DNA of 64,000 nucleotides from Oculina patagonica (Eukaryota): NCBI RefSeq assembly GCF_052425735.1, contig NC_135767.1, positions 5,456,001 to 5,520,000 of the forward strand, read 5' to 3'. Shown piece by piece: positions 53,119 to 63,223 of this stretch (position 1 is its first letter; each line of letters starts with the position of its first letter). The notes under the pieces were generated by a model. It saw only the letters and a program-made list of their open reading frames with translations, ran no database searches and was not told where the DNA came from. The position numbers and the translations under genes were made by a program.

Positions 53119-56100
53119 TATCAATAACAAAATTCGAGGTTAGGAAGTCTTTGAGAATCTTTTTTAGTGTGAAAAGTCAATGGTAAATTCAACTGGTTGT
53201 ACAAACAGTGGGAAAACAGCAAGAAAGAACCCATTTATATGCGCGTGATTGACGCGCGAATGGCGTAGGTGTCCAATTACAGGTATCCAATTTGAAGTTG
53301 CTCAAATTGGATACCTGTAATTGGACACCCACGTGATCTCGTGCTGATTGCGCGACAAATAGGGGCGCGCAGAACCAATCAAAATCGAAAATTTTGTTAT
53401 AGATACGATTATATGTAAAATTGTTGCTACAGGTCATATATCATAACAATTTGCATACCACAGTTGCTAGCGGTGCATTCTCCAGTGTGACAACCCTCGC
53501 TCTTGCAAATCTCGTAAGCGTCACAACCACAGCCGGGGCCAAACCCTGCACAGTCTGGGCAATCATTGGCTGTGAACATGAGAGTAAAAAACAAACTTTT
53601 ACAAAACGTTCACTTTAGCTTTCTTATTAAGTTTCAAAAACAGGTCTAAGGGGAGGGTTGAGGATGTTGCAATCTCTCCCTCCTAAGAAAATTTTCAATG
53701 CTGCACGTTAAAAAACGCGTCATTTTTCAAATGACTGTTATTTTTTTTTTGGACCAGTTCATAGCTGTTATTCAGGGCCCAGTTGTTTAAATTGTGGGAA
53801 ACGCTATCCACAGGATAAATTTCTGTCCCGTGGATACTGAAGCATGTTTTGTTAACACGTATTCTCTGGATAGCGATTTATTTGGTGGATAGCGTTATCC
53901 ACCACTAATCTCGTTCCCAGATCTCTTGTGGACGAAGCCAGAAATCTGGGATCAAGATTAATCCACCACTTAAACAACTGGACCCAGACCCTTAGCATGC
54001 GAATCTGTAGCATGATCGTGTCGAGAGATTTCCTTGACTAGATTAGGTTATCTTTTGAAATGATTGATTTTATATAATATAACTTACGCTCTCTCTTCAG
54101 TAATAAGTCAGCCATCACGGTTCTTTTCTTTGCTGAAAAGGAAAAAAGACAAAAAATGACTGACGACTTAAAAACATTCTAAAGTTGTGATTAACTTGTC
54201 AAACGCAGCATCTTGTCTAGAAATACTGCAAAAATAAGAAAACAGTTCTACTTTTACTGCTACTCGCAACGCAACATTTTGTCGCATTACGGGTTGCTTA
54301 AATGAGGTATCATACATGAAAGGTTTTTGGCAAATGGAAATGCATCGTTTTGGTTGCTTTACATGTTTGCAGCTTACGGTCCGCCATGCAAGAGGGCAAG
54401 CTTCGCTCTGGGACATTCAAAACAGACGAAAGCCAAGCATGACTAATTGAATTCGCTTTGTTTTGTCCCAGCGCGTTGCTTGCCCTCCAGCAAAGTGTTA
54501 TTTTTGTAGCAAGTGATCGTTAGCTGTAAAGGGGCCATGACCTGTTGATTGGCGTTAAGAGGGTGCCAATTATAGGAATGCGGTACTTTGCAGAGGGGGG
54601 AGGGACAGGAGAGTAATTTCCCTCCTCCTTACTTTTTTGCGCCAATTTCTCCCTCCTCCCTACTTTTTGCAAGGCACAAATTTAACAATCACCACAACGA
54701 ATCTAGGATATGAATTCAGTAACAATGTTATGTACGATTTTGAATTATTTGGAATGATAATTTTAGATACAGTTGAAGGGAAAAGAACTTCATTTTAAAC
54801 TATATATAAAAAAGCATATAGCATTAAAATCCCGGGGGGAGGGTACTCCCTTATAAGGGCTTAACGGGGACGTGCGGCCCGATAGGGTATGGTTTTCAGG
54901 CTTTTTTGTCTTGAACGGGGTATATATTTCAACCCTTTTCAGTTGTCTTAAACGGGGTATCTTTACACGGACCAATGTCAAACAGATTAGGCTTATATGC
55001 CTGCAGAGGTGTAAATTTATACAAACTTAGCCACAAGCCGAATTTCCACAAATTCTTCCGTATAACCGACTTACGTTGATTTCGGCATTGATACTTAGCT
55101 TAATTCGTGATTACAACAAAGCCAGTGAGGTACTTGTTTATGTCTTAGACGGGGTATCAAAAATTGGCATTCTGTCTTAAACAGGGTAGGAAAATCAGAG
55201 GTTCGTGTCTTAAACAGGGTCAGGGTTTAGGAGGCCGGGCCGCACCTCCCTACCCGAGATTATGTCAAGTGCCCCCGTCCCCCGGGGATTAAAATTTACA
55301 TACTGCAGGAGTGACAATCTCCAGTTCCACAGCCCTGGCTCTCGCAGTATTTTTTAGCATCACACGGGCAGCCAGGTCCAAAACCTTCACAATCTGGGCA
55401 GTCGCTAGCTGTGAAAACGAGAACAAAAAACAAAATTTAGGACCAAGTTGTTTAAAACACAATTAAGCTAGTCAAAGATTGTATAGCATTCTAATATGTG
55501 AATGTTCCCTGGGCTATTCGCTATGTTGCTGTTTTAAAATAAGAGAGATTAAGCATGACGTTTATTTTTCCCGCGAACGGCAAAAATTCAACTTCTGCCG
55601 TCTGCCGTTTGGTGTTTATACACAGAAATGAGTAGTTTTGTGTTTGTCGTGAAGGTGGGATTTTTTCCCTATTTTTATGAGAAATTGGTTTTAGAATTCG
55701 ATAAAAAGGAAACAAAATGAAAAGCAAGCTCGCGTTTGCCGTTTGCCGTATAACGTCATGCTTAATCTCTCTATTGATTTAATTGTGAGACTGATTTAAT
55801 TGGAGGCCCTACTTAGCGAATAATTAACGCGTTTTATTTGAACTAAGTAGAGAACTGCAAAGTTGACGATTTTATTTAATGGACGCCTTGTTCCCGTTCT
55901 CCAAACCCGAGCCTCCTTAACAGCGGTAATTTTGGTGGGCGTTGCGTGACAAATTATTAAATTGGTGGGCGTTGCGTGACAAATTATTAAATTTATCGGG
56001 TTAACTTGTAGCATTGTAGAATTGTAGCAGTACATCAAGGGTTCTAATATGTGAATGTTCCCTGGGCTATTCCCTAAGTAGTAGCACTTTTATTCTATGT

Positions 56101-58916
56101 TGCTGTTTTAAAATGGATTCCAGATTGACAGATTTTTTACTTACGTTCTCTTCTCGACAAAGCTTGTAGTACCCTGTCTTCTGCTGCCCTGTGTTTCAAA
56201 GCTCTGCGGGCGGGCGCTGAAAAAAAAGAAGATTTATTTAGCCTCAGAAAAAATAACGTGTATTCGACAAATCCATCTCTAATAAACAGATATGTTTAAC
56301 AGATATGTCCAGGATTAAACGCTAATGAGATGCACGTTCCTCATGACATGCATCACAAAGTGTCCTTATTAATAAAATTCACCAAAACACACCAAATTTT
56401 GTCAAATATGAAGTAATATGGAAATGTCAAATAACACAGTCAAACATGAATACTCATTAAACAGTTCAATCCTGGACATAAGTGGTAATTTAAATGTTGT
56501 ACATTAAATGTAATTCTCGTTTCTGTTCTTCTTGCCAAGAATCGTAAGAATCGTATAGTCTTCTCATCCGCGAAGTAAGTGTGCAGAGTTAAAATGCACT
56601 GAACAAAAAGTAGTCCACTAGAAATGGTTAAGATAAGGACCGTCGTAGCTTACGGATCAGATGCGACTAGGATTATTGCTACCCCCTCCCTCCCCCCGTT
56701 ACACTCAACATTTCGTCAGACTTTACATAAAGGAGCTGTGTCTCGATATCTTAACTCGTAAGGATGGGCCGATATCGGTTTTTCAAAACGATACGATACC
56801 GATACGATACTGGCCTTTTTATGCGATGTCGATATCAATACCAAAGCTATGACGTCATTGACTTAGCTGGCATGTCACATGATTTGTTTGACAAACATTG
56901 GACAGTCTGGTAAATGTTGATCATTTTTTTCTAAGTCGCATAAACAACGTGAAGAAAACAAGTCAGAAGAAGCCAAAGATTTACATTTAGTTCGAGTTAG
57001 CGGGGTTGTCCAATTTTTTTCGAGTTCGATTAAACCGAGTAAAAATGATAGAAAAGTGGGGTCAAATCCAAGGGAAATGGAAGTTAGTTCGCGTTAGCGG
57101 GGTTGTTCGACTTATCCGAGTTCGATTAAACCGAGTAAAAATGATAGAAAAGTGGGGTCAAATCCAAGGGAAATGGAAGTTAGTTCGCGTTAGCGGGGTT
57201 GTTCGACTTATCCGAGTTCGAGTTAACCGAGTAAAAATGACTGAAAAGTGGGTTCAATTCCAAGGCAAATGGAAACTAGTTCGAGTTTAATAGCGGGGTT
57301 GTTCGAGTTATCCGAGTTCGAGCTACCGGGGTTCTACTATACTTTCGACCAAAGAACGCGCGAGAATTTTCTCAGTTATAGTATAAGTAGCATCCACTTA
57401 CTATTGTCACAGTCAGCAAACGAGCATCCCCCAAAGTTTGTGCATCCTGCAGCTTCGCAGTTGTGTAAATCACTACAGTAGCAGCCCACTACACTCGCTG
57501 GAGACAGACCTCTGCAGTCTGCGCAAATGGCCGAGGGGTCTGTGAAACGAACACAACAGAAACACAAGCGTCAGAAACATTATTTAAAGGGGCTTTGCCA
57601 GGGATTTTAACAGATTTTTGAACAGCCAAGATATATCTTTGTGTCGTAGGGAACCTAAAAGTTATGGTCTATTTTTTATTAACAATTGCTATATTAGAGC
57701 ACTGAAACTTTTTGCAAGCGTCTTTGGCTGCGGATGGGTAGGATGGAAATGGATTGCAACTAAACAGGCTAAACATTTCAAGTTGTTTCCCGGCGCGCGT
57801 CTTCAAAAAAAATCGATATTTTATAGCCGTGACTTGATTTAACTTTTTCTCCGCGAATTAAGATTGTATCTTCCTTTAGATGTTCAAAGATTTTTTCCGG
57901 CAACCACTAATTTCAGAACAGTTTAGACCAAAAATCTGTGAAATCCCCGTGACATAGCTCCTTTAAGCTAGAATAAACTATGAAACAAAAAGGGGAAATA
58001 ATGTTTGAGAGATAAGAAGAACGGATTTAAGCTTGAGCAGTCAGCATTCAGTATTTGCGCGTAAATGCATAAATGCCATTGGAAAAAGAAAAACGCCGAT
58101 GAAGTTACAGGATTTCCGAAACGTCTGGGATTTTTTAAACATTTAGCGCTAGATAACACAGCTGATAACAAAACCACAATTTTCAACTCAATGAGAAAAA
58201 AAAAACCTGTAAACTCTTCTGGCGAATAAACCCAATTAACAGTTTGCATTTACAAGTGCGCGTCATTTTTACGCAATAACTGTTTGACATACTAAACTTA
58301 TAAACCGCTGAGTCGTGCAATAAACAATAAACAAAAGCTATGGATGCGATAAAGGATTTATATAACTTTTACTTCGATTCGTCAAAGATTTTGGCGCGCT
58401 ATTCGTAAATCGAGAGATTGTAAGGTACAGTTTATCCTAAAAAAATCCAAAAGAGACGCAGGAACGAAAAATAAAAGAGGAAAGGGCGTTTTTTGTTATT
58501 TGGTCTTAATTAACAGTGGCTTAAAGTTTTGAATCTATTATAGAAAGATATCGAGAAAACTACAAAAGCGCGCGCAAATCAATTAACAAATAACAATGCT
58601 GTTAACAGTTGCTTTCAATGAAAAGAAGAGAATTTCTTCGCCTTAAATCTGAATTTAGAAAACTCTCCAACTTACAACGGAATTAAAAAACTCTTGAAAT
58701 ATATTTTTCTATCCGTATTTTGAAGTAAATCGAAAACGCTTCACTACTTCTCGACACCCCAATGAGAGTTGACGATTTTAGCTGCCACGGTCACGAAACG
58801 ACAAAATATAGAATATTTTAAAGAAAAAATTACTCACCCCGCGGTTCGAATGGAAAACGTGCAGCCGAGCAAACGGCAACGGTGAGAAACAGCAAAAACA
58901 TGGAAACGTTTTTCAT
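44400..58916 (-). CDS. Secreted multi-copy cysteine-rich peptide precursor (~446 aa; signal peptide plus eight 8-Cys modules separated by basic-site spacers); toxin/defence-peptide-like, family not recognised
   Basis: Exons on minus, all introns GT-AG phase 1: 58916-58838 (MKNVSMFLLFLTVAVCSAARFPFEPR), 57539-57402 (module 1), 56216-56145 (spacer), 55408-55304 (m2), 54132-54088, 53569-53459 (m3), 52012-51968, 51230-51120 (m4), 50237-50193, 49482-49372 (m5), 48489-48445, 47957-47847 (m6), 47079-47035, 46353-46243 (m7), 45208-45167, 44524-44400 (m8, TAA). Total 1341 nt with no internal stop. Confidence 0.9.
45664..46086. mobile_element. Tc1/mariner(pogo)-type MITE, TA TSD
   Basis: ta|cagtaaaaacccgcgagtaag ... 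cttacttgcgggtttttactg|ta. Confidence 0.85.
46536..46920. mobile_element. Kolobok-like MITE
   Basis: Ends aggggctaggtcacg / cgtgacatagcccct. Confidence 0.65.
47490..47818 (+). mobile_element. 5'-truncated L2/CR1-clade LINE insertion with 22-bp TSD
   Basis: Encodes an ORF2-like C-terminus LPISIRSACTKSDFKQKLKTFLFSKAFC*; 3' stem-loop gcgcatttg...caaatgcgc; (att)n tail; TSD aggtcatatagcataaaaattt at 47468-47489 and 47819-47840. Confidence 0.85.
48699..49118. mobile_element. Tc1/mariner-type MITE (TA TSD); duplicated copy at 50447-50866
   Basis: Filled site taaaTA-cctaaaggttac...gtaaccttaagc-TAtggcc versus empty site taaaTAtggcc in paralogous introns (~52216; ~47283). Confidence 0.9.
49926..50145. 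mobile_element. PIF/Harbinger-like MITE, 3-bp TSD ata
   Basis: TIR agcctggttttcactagc / gctagtgaaaaccaggct; empty site tctacataaggttatc in the duplicate at ~48393. Confidence 0.9.
51354..51740. mobile_element. Kolobok-like MITE
   Basis: Ends gggactgtggcacg / cgtgacacagtccc. Confidence 0.6.
52327..52713. mobile_element. Non-autonomous element ending in a ~150-bp palindrome
   Basis: aacaattattggat...gcatgatagcgataattatcaaggc...gccttgataattatcgctatcatgc...atccaataattgtt; absent from paralogous introns. Confidence 0.75.
52968..53412. mobile_element. Non-autonomous element with a terminal palindrome
   Basis: tagtaattggacc...gtacaattcag...ctgaattgtac...ggtccaattacta; absent from paralogous introns. 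Confidence 0.7.
54831..55287. mobile_element. MITE (cccgggggg...cccgggg) with 8-bp TSD attaaaat
   Basis: TSD at 54823-54830 and 55288-55295; internal tgtcttaaacaggg repeats. Confidence 0.85.
55541..55774. mobile_element. MITE
   Basis: TIR agagagattaagcatgacgtt / aacgtcatgcttaatctctct. Confidence 0.8.
56990..57340. repeat. 96-bp tandem repeat (~3.5 units), probably MITE-derived
   Basis: cgagttcgattaaaccgagtaaaaatga at 57021, 57117 and (variant) 57213; explains the repetitive ORF 57006-57290. Confidence 0.85.
57587..57963. mobile_element. Kolobok-like MITE; partial reverse copy at ~44770-45000
   Basis: ttaa-aggggctttgccagggattt ... aaatccccgtgacatagctcct-ttaa. Confidence 0.65.
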
Positions 58917-58994
58917 CTTAAGAAACTGTCGGCTTGATTTCTGGAATCGAAGTTGCTGGCAAGCTGAGATGCTTCTTGCAAGAGTCGATGGATC

Positions 58995-59032
58995 AACTGA
59001 TAGAAATTGTTACTTGTGTGGTCGCTTATATA
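58995..59032 (-). promoter_or_regulatory. Candidate core promoter (TATA box plus Inr) of the peptide-precursor gene
   Basis: TATATAAG at 59032-59025 and TCAGTT at 59000-58995 on minus, ~80 nt upstream of the ATG. Confidence 0.6.
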
Positions 59033-59667
59033 TGCTGCTAATAGACCGTTACTTTTGTTCTACTCTAATAGACTGCAACTAATGTCAAATTATTCATCTT
59101 GAAAGCCCGCCATTCGTGTAGTAACAGCCAGCCTGTTGCTTGTCGTCTTTTCATTTGTTCAAGTAACTTCCAAATTTTCATTCTATTACGTTCAAATTAA
59201 GTTCAAAATATCTCTAAGTTGGGAAAATAACGCTATTTTTAACGCCAACTTCCAAGATAGGGTTTCCGCGCGAAATAGTTACTAGCATAATTATTTTATA
59301 AGCTTGACTAGCTGTTTGAATAATTAATCTACAGAACCGCTTCTTCACCTTCTAAAGTCAACAGTTTTAATAAACTTAAATCAATATTTGACATAGCTTC
59401 TATAGAAAGAGCACAATGTATGTGAATAAATAATGCTTTTTGTATTGAATACCTCGTCAACTAAAGACTAATTAAATCAGTCTTTCTAAAACTACACTTA
59501 ATTGTCAAAGGAGCTAAAAAACTAAATTCTTCGCTGATAAAAGGGAGGGACTGGCAAAGCGAAGGACAGACTGTTCCTAACAAGTAACAAAACGGTGTCA
59601 CTATTTTTTATTTTATAAACTGACAATTCACTGACCTCCACATTACCACTCGAACCTGACAAAGAGC

Positions 59668-62600
59668 TAAACTTTTAACTGTCAAATGGCTTAAAATTTT
59701 CAAGAGTGAGTGTCAATTGTAACCTTCTAAACGTTTATTAAAAAGAGCGGCCAGACACAGCACTTAGCTTATAGACAACATAATTATTTTTGCCGGGCAT
59801 TGCTGCACGTATCAAACTGCAAATCCAAACTAATCCACCCGCGACGGAATAATTTGTTATTACCCTCCAGGTCCGTTATTTAAAGCTTGCCTTCGTCTGT
59901 TGCTTTCATATTCAAAACTTTTATCATTTCATTGTCTGATCGATAAAAAAGTACTGGTCTTATAATATGTTAACTTTAAAACGTGAGTGTACACTGTGCG
60001 ATGAGCTTGCAGCGACATTGAAGCAGATATCAGAAAAGTTTTGGCGCCAAGACAAAAATATTTTTCCCTTTTGTAAAACATGAATCCTACGTTTGATTTA
60101 ATTTATGGAAAGCTAAAAATGCCACTGCATTGCTTGCAATTCCTTATCTTTACAAACATCACGGGAACGCTTCTGTTATTCTTATGCAAACAACTACTTC
60201 TAATCGTAAATTATTTAATTATTCACAGCGCGCCTTTTTTCCAATTGAGTTCAACTTAAAATTGTGCTCGCTACTTAAATAACTGGCTATAAAATTGTCA
60301 TCGTGCTTAAAGCTAACTTGAAAATGAAAGCAAGTGGAAGAAGATACGAGATTTATTTTACGGATGCCATATTCTCCAGGCAAAATGTGCGCGCGCGAAA
60401 TATCCACCACAGTATTTGCGCGCAATTTTTTTACGGCATGTTTTACTTGACTTGTTCTGACGTGCACCGCATACGGAAAAGTCTTTCATGATTAATATAT
60501 ATTTTGTCATGCTAGCTCTGTTTTGTTTGAATTAATAGCCCAACGCCCCCTATTCTCACTCGACCTACCGCAAACAAATTTTAATTTACCGCTGCGGCAC
60601 AATATTATTTACCGAAGTCGTGCAGTGTGTATGTTAATTTGGCCTTAATGGTTGATCTGGTCGCCGGTTAAACACAAAACACACAAATCAAATTCATGGC
60701 CGTTTTTCAGTACCGGGAACGAAAAAATGACTTGCCCCTTTCGTCATCCATTTTAGACATTAAAACCGCTCATATTGAGGGGGTGTGATCAAAGTAGAGT
60801 GCGCGCACAAATGATTTTTACATTGCGTGTCGTAGTCTATATGATAAAACGAGCGAGGAATTATTAAAGCCTAAAAAAAGTTTGTATTCGGCGTGTGCTC
60901 TGATTGGCTAAGAAGCTACCTTTACATTAGTTTATAAAAATAGTTCAATCACATTCATTGGCGCTAAAATGTTTCTAACCAGCAAAAATTTCAAGTGTAA
61001 TTTGGTCTGCATTATTCACATTTTACACCTTGAATATTGTTTTTATGGCCGATGAGCCCGTTCAAACTAAAGATTAATTGCTTCAACAAGTTACCAAGCG
61101 CTTCACTTAATTGCTATAAAGTGTTTTAGGTGCTAAGAAATTTTAAAAAATGCTTCACTAAGCCCAATACTCGGCTGCTCAAAAGGTTAAACTTTTAACT
61201 GTCAAATGGCTCGAAATCTGTTCGGGCAAGACAACACTTATTGCATAAGAGCGGTCAGACACGGCACTTATGGGCTTCAGAATTATTTTTTGCCGGGCAT
61301 TGCATGAACGGATCAAACGGCAAATCTAAAATCCACAAGTGCATTGTTATTACTCGCAAGCCGGTCCGATATTCAAAACTTGCCTTCGTCTGTAGGTTTT
61401 TAATTTAAAAATATCATCATCTTATCATCTAATCGATAAGAAAGCACTTGAAAAAAATGTTTAGTGTAAAGTGTGTAACAAGTTTGTATCCTGGTTTGTA
61501 GCGACACTGCAGCAGATAATAAGGAAATTTTGGCGCCAAGACGAAAATATTTTTCCATTTTGGCTTTTGTGAAACAAGAATCAACGTTTGATTTAATTTA
61601 TGGAAAACTAAAAATGCCACTGAGTTCCTTGCAGTTCCTTATCTTTACAAACATGACGGGAACACTTCTGTTATTCTTATGCAAAAAACTACATCTAATC
61701 GTAAATTATTCAATTATTGATAGCGCGCCTTTTTTCCAATTGAGTTCAACTAAAAATCATGGTCGCTACTTAAATAAGTGGCTTTAAAATTGTCATTGTG
61801 CTTTTAAAGCTAACTTGAAAATGAAACTGCAAGTGGTAGAAGATACGAAATTTATTCTACGGACGCCATATTCTCCAGGCAAAATGTGCGCGCGCGAAAT
61901 ATTCACAACAGTATTCGCGCGCCAAATTTTGATCGCATGTTTTACTTGACTTGTTCTGACGTGCACTGCACACGAAAAAGGATTTCATGATTGATATATA
62001 TTTTGTCGTGCTAGCTCTGTTTTGTTTGAATTAAAAGCTCAACGCCCCCCTGTTCTCACTTGACCTACCGCAAACACTGAATTTTAATTCACCGCTGTGG
62101 CACATAATATTATTTACCGAAGTCGTGCAGTTTACATTAATTAGGCCTTAACGGTTGAAAACCTCCTCGACAGTAAACACGAATCACACAAAATAAATTT
62201 ATAGCCTTTTTTTAGTACCAGAAAAGAATAGTTAACTCGCCCATTTCGTCGTCCATCTTAGAGGATAAATTCACTCATATTGGGGGAGTAAAATCGAAGT
62301 AGAGTCCGCGCATATGTGCTTTTTTTTACTTGCGTGTTGCAGTCTGTAAAAAACGTGCGAGAGATTATTCAAGTCTGCAAGCAGTACGTGTAAAGCGCCT
62401 ACTCTGATTGGCTAAAATGCTACGTTAAATCATGTGTATAAAAATAGTACAACCACATTAAAAGGTGCCGTTTAGAAAAGTTAAAACTGAGCAAAAATTG
62501 AAGTGTAATTTGCTCTACGTTATTCACATTTTATGCCACGGGTAATGTTTTTATGGCTGATAAGATGGCCCAAACTAAAACCTAATTGCTTTAACCGTGT

Positions 62601-62690
62601 TAAGCGGTTCACTTAATTACTATAAAGTGTTATAGGTGCTAGGAAATTAAATGCTTCGCTAAGCGCAAAAACCTTGGTGCTCGAAAATGT
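59668..62690. repeat. Non-coding tandem duplication, two diverged ~1520-bp units
   Basis: taaacttttaactgtcaaatggct at 59668 and 61188; colinear similarity throughout (e.g. gccatattctccaggcaaaatgtgcgcgcgcgaaat at ~60366 and ~61866). Confidence 0.9.
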
Positions 62691-63223
62691 CTAAATCAGT
62701 GTACAACAACAAAATGCAAGTTAGCTAGCGCTTCACATATATGATTAGTCCATGGATTTTTTTCAGGCATTCCAGCAGACGAGAAAATATAGGAAACAAA
62801 AGCACATAAACACAAGTGTATAACTTGTTAACATCCATCGAGTCCAATAATCAAAATGTGATTTTCTTCTCGTTTAGTACTCTGAACTATTATCACCAAA
62901 AACTAGTTAGTGTACTCGGTGCTGCAGACCAGATACCACGAAAATTTTGGCGGCAAGAATGAATTTTGCGTTTGTTTATAAAAGCATTGAAAACCAAAAG
63001 TATGTATCTGTTTTCTTCGCAGAGCTTAATAGGCTACTGTTGTTCTAATCCAACAGACTGCTACTAATCCAAGGCTTATTTTAGTTAGTTTTCATTGTTA
63101 ACCTTTACAGCTAACTACAAACGAATGAAAATGGGAAAGGTAGAAACATATATTTTTCTGAGATCATATTTCCCAAGCAAATGATTGCGCGCGAAAATTT
63201 TGACCGCCACTGTTTGATATTAA

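Noticed and set aside
57006-57290. Repetitive 94-aa ORF
   Set aside because: Translation of a 96-bp tandem repeat inside an intron.
44400-58916. Assignment to SCRiP, galaxin or metallothionein
   Set aside because: It has no vicinal CC/CCC, and it has a signal peptide and processing sites unlike metallothioneins, so no gene symbol is given.
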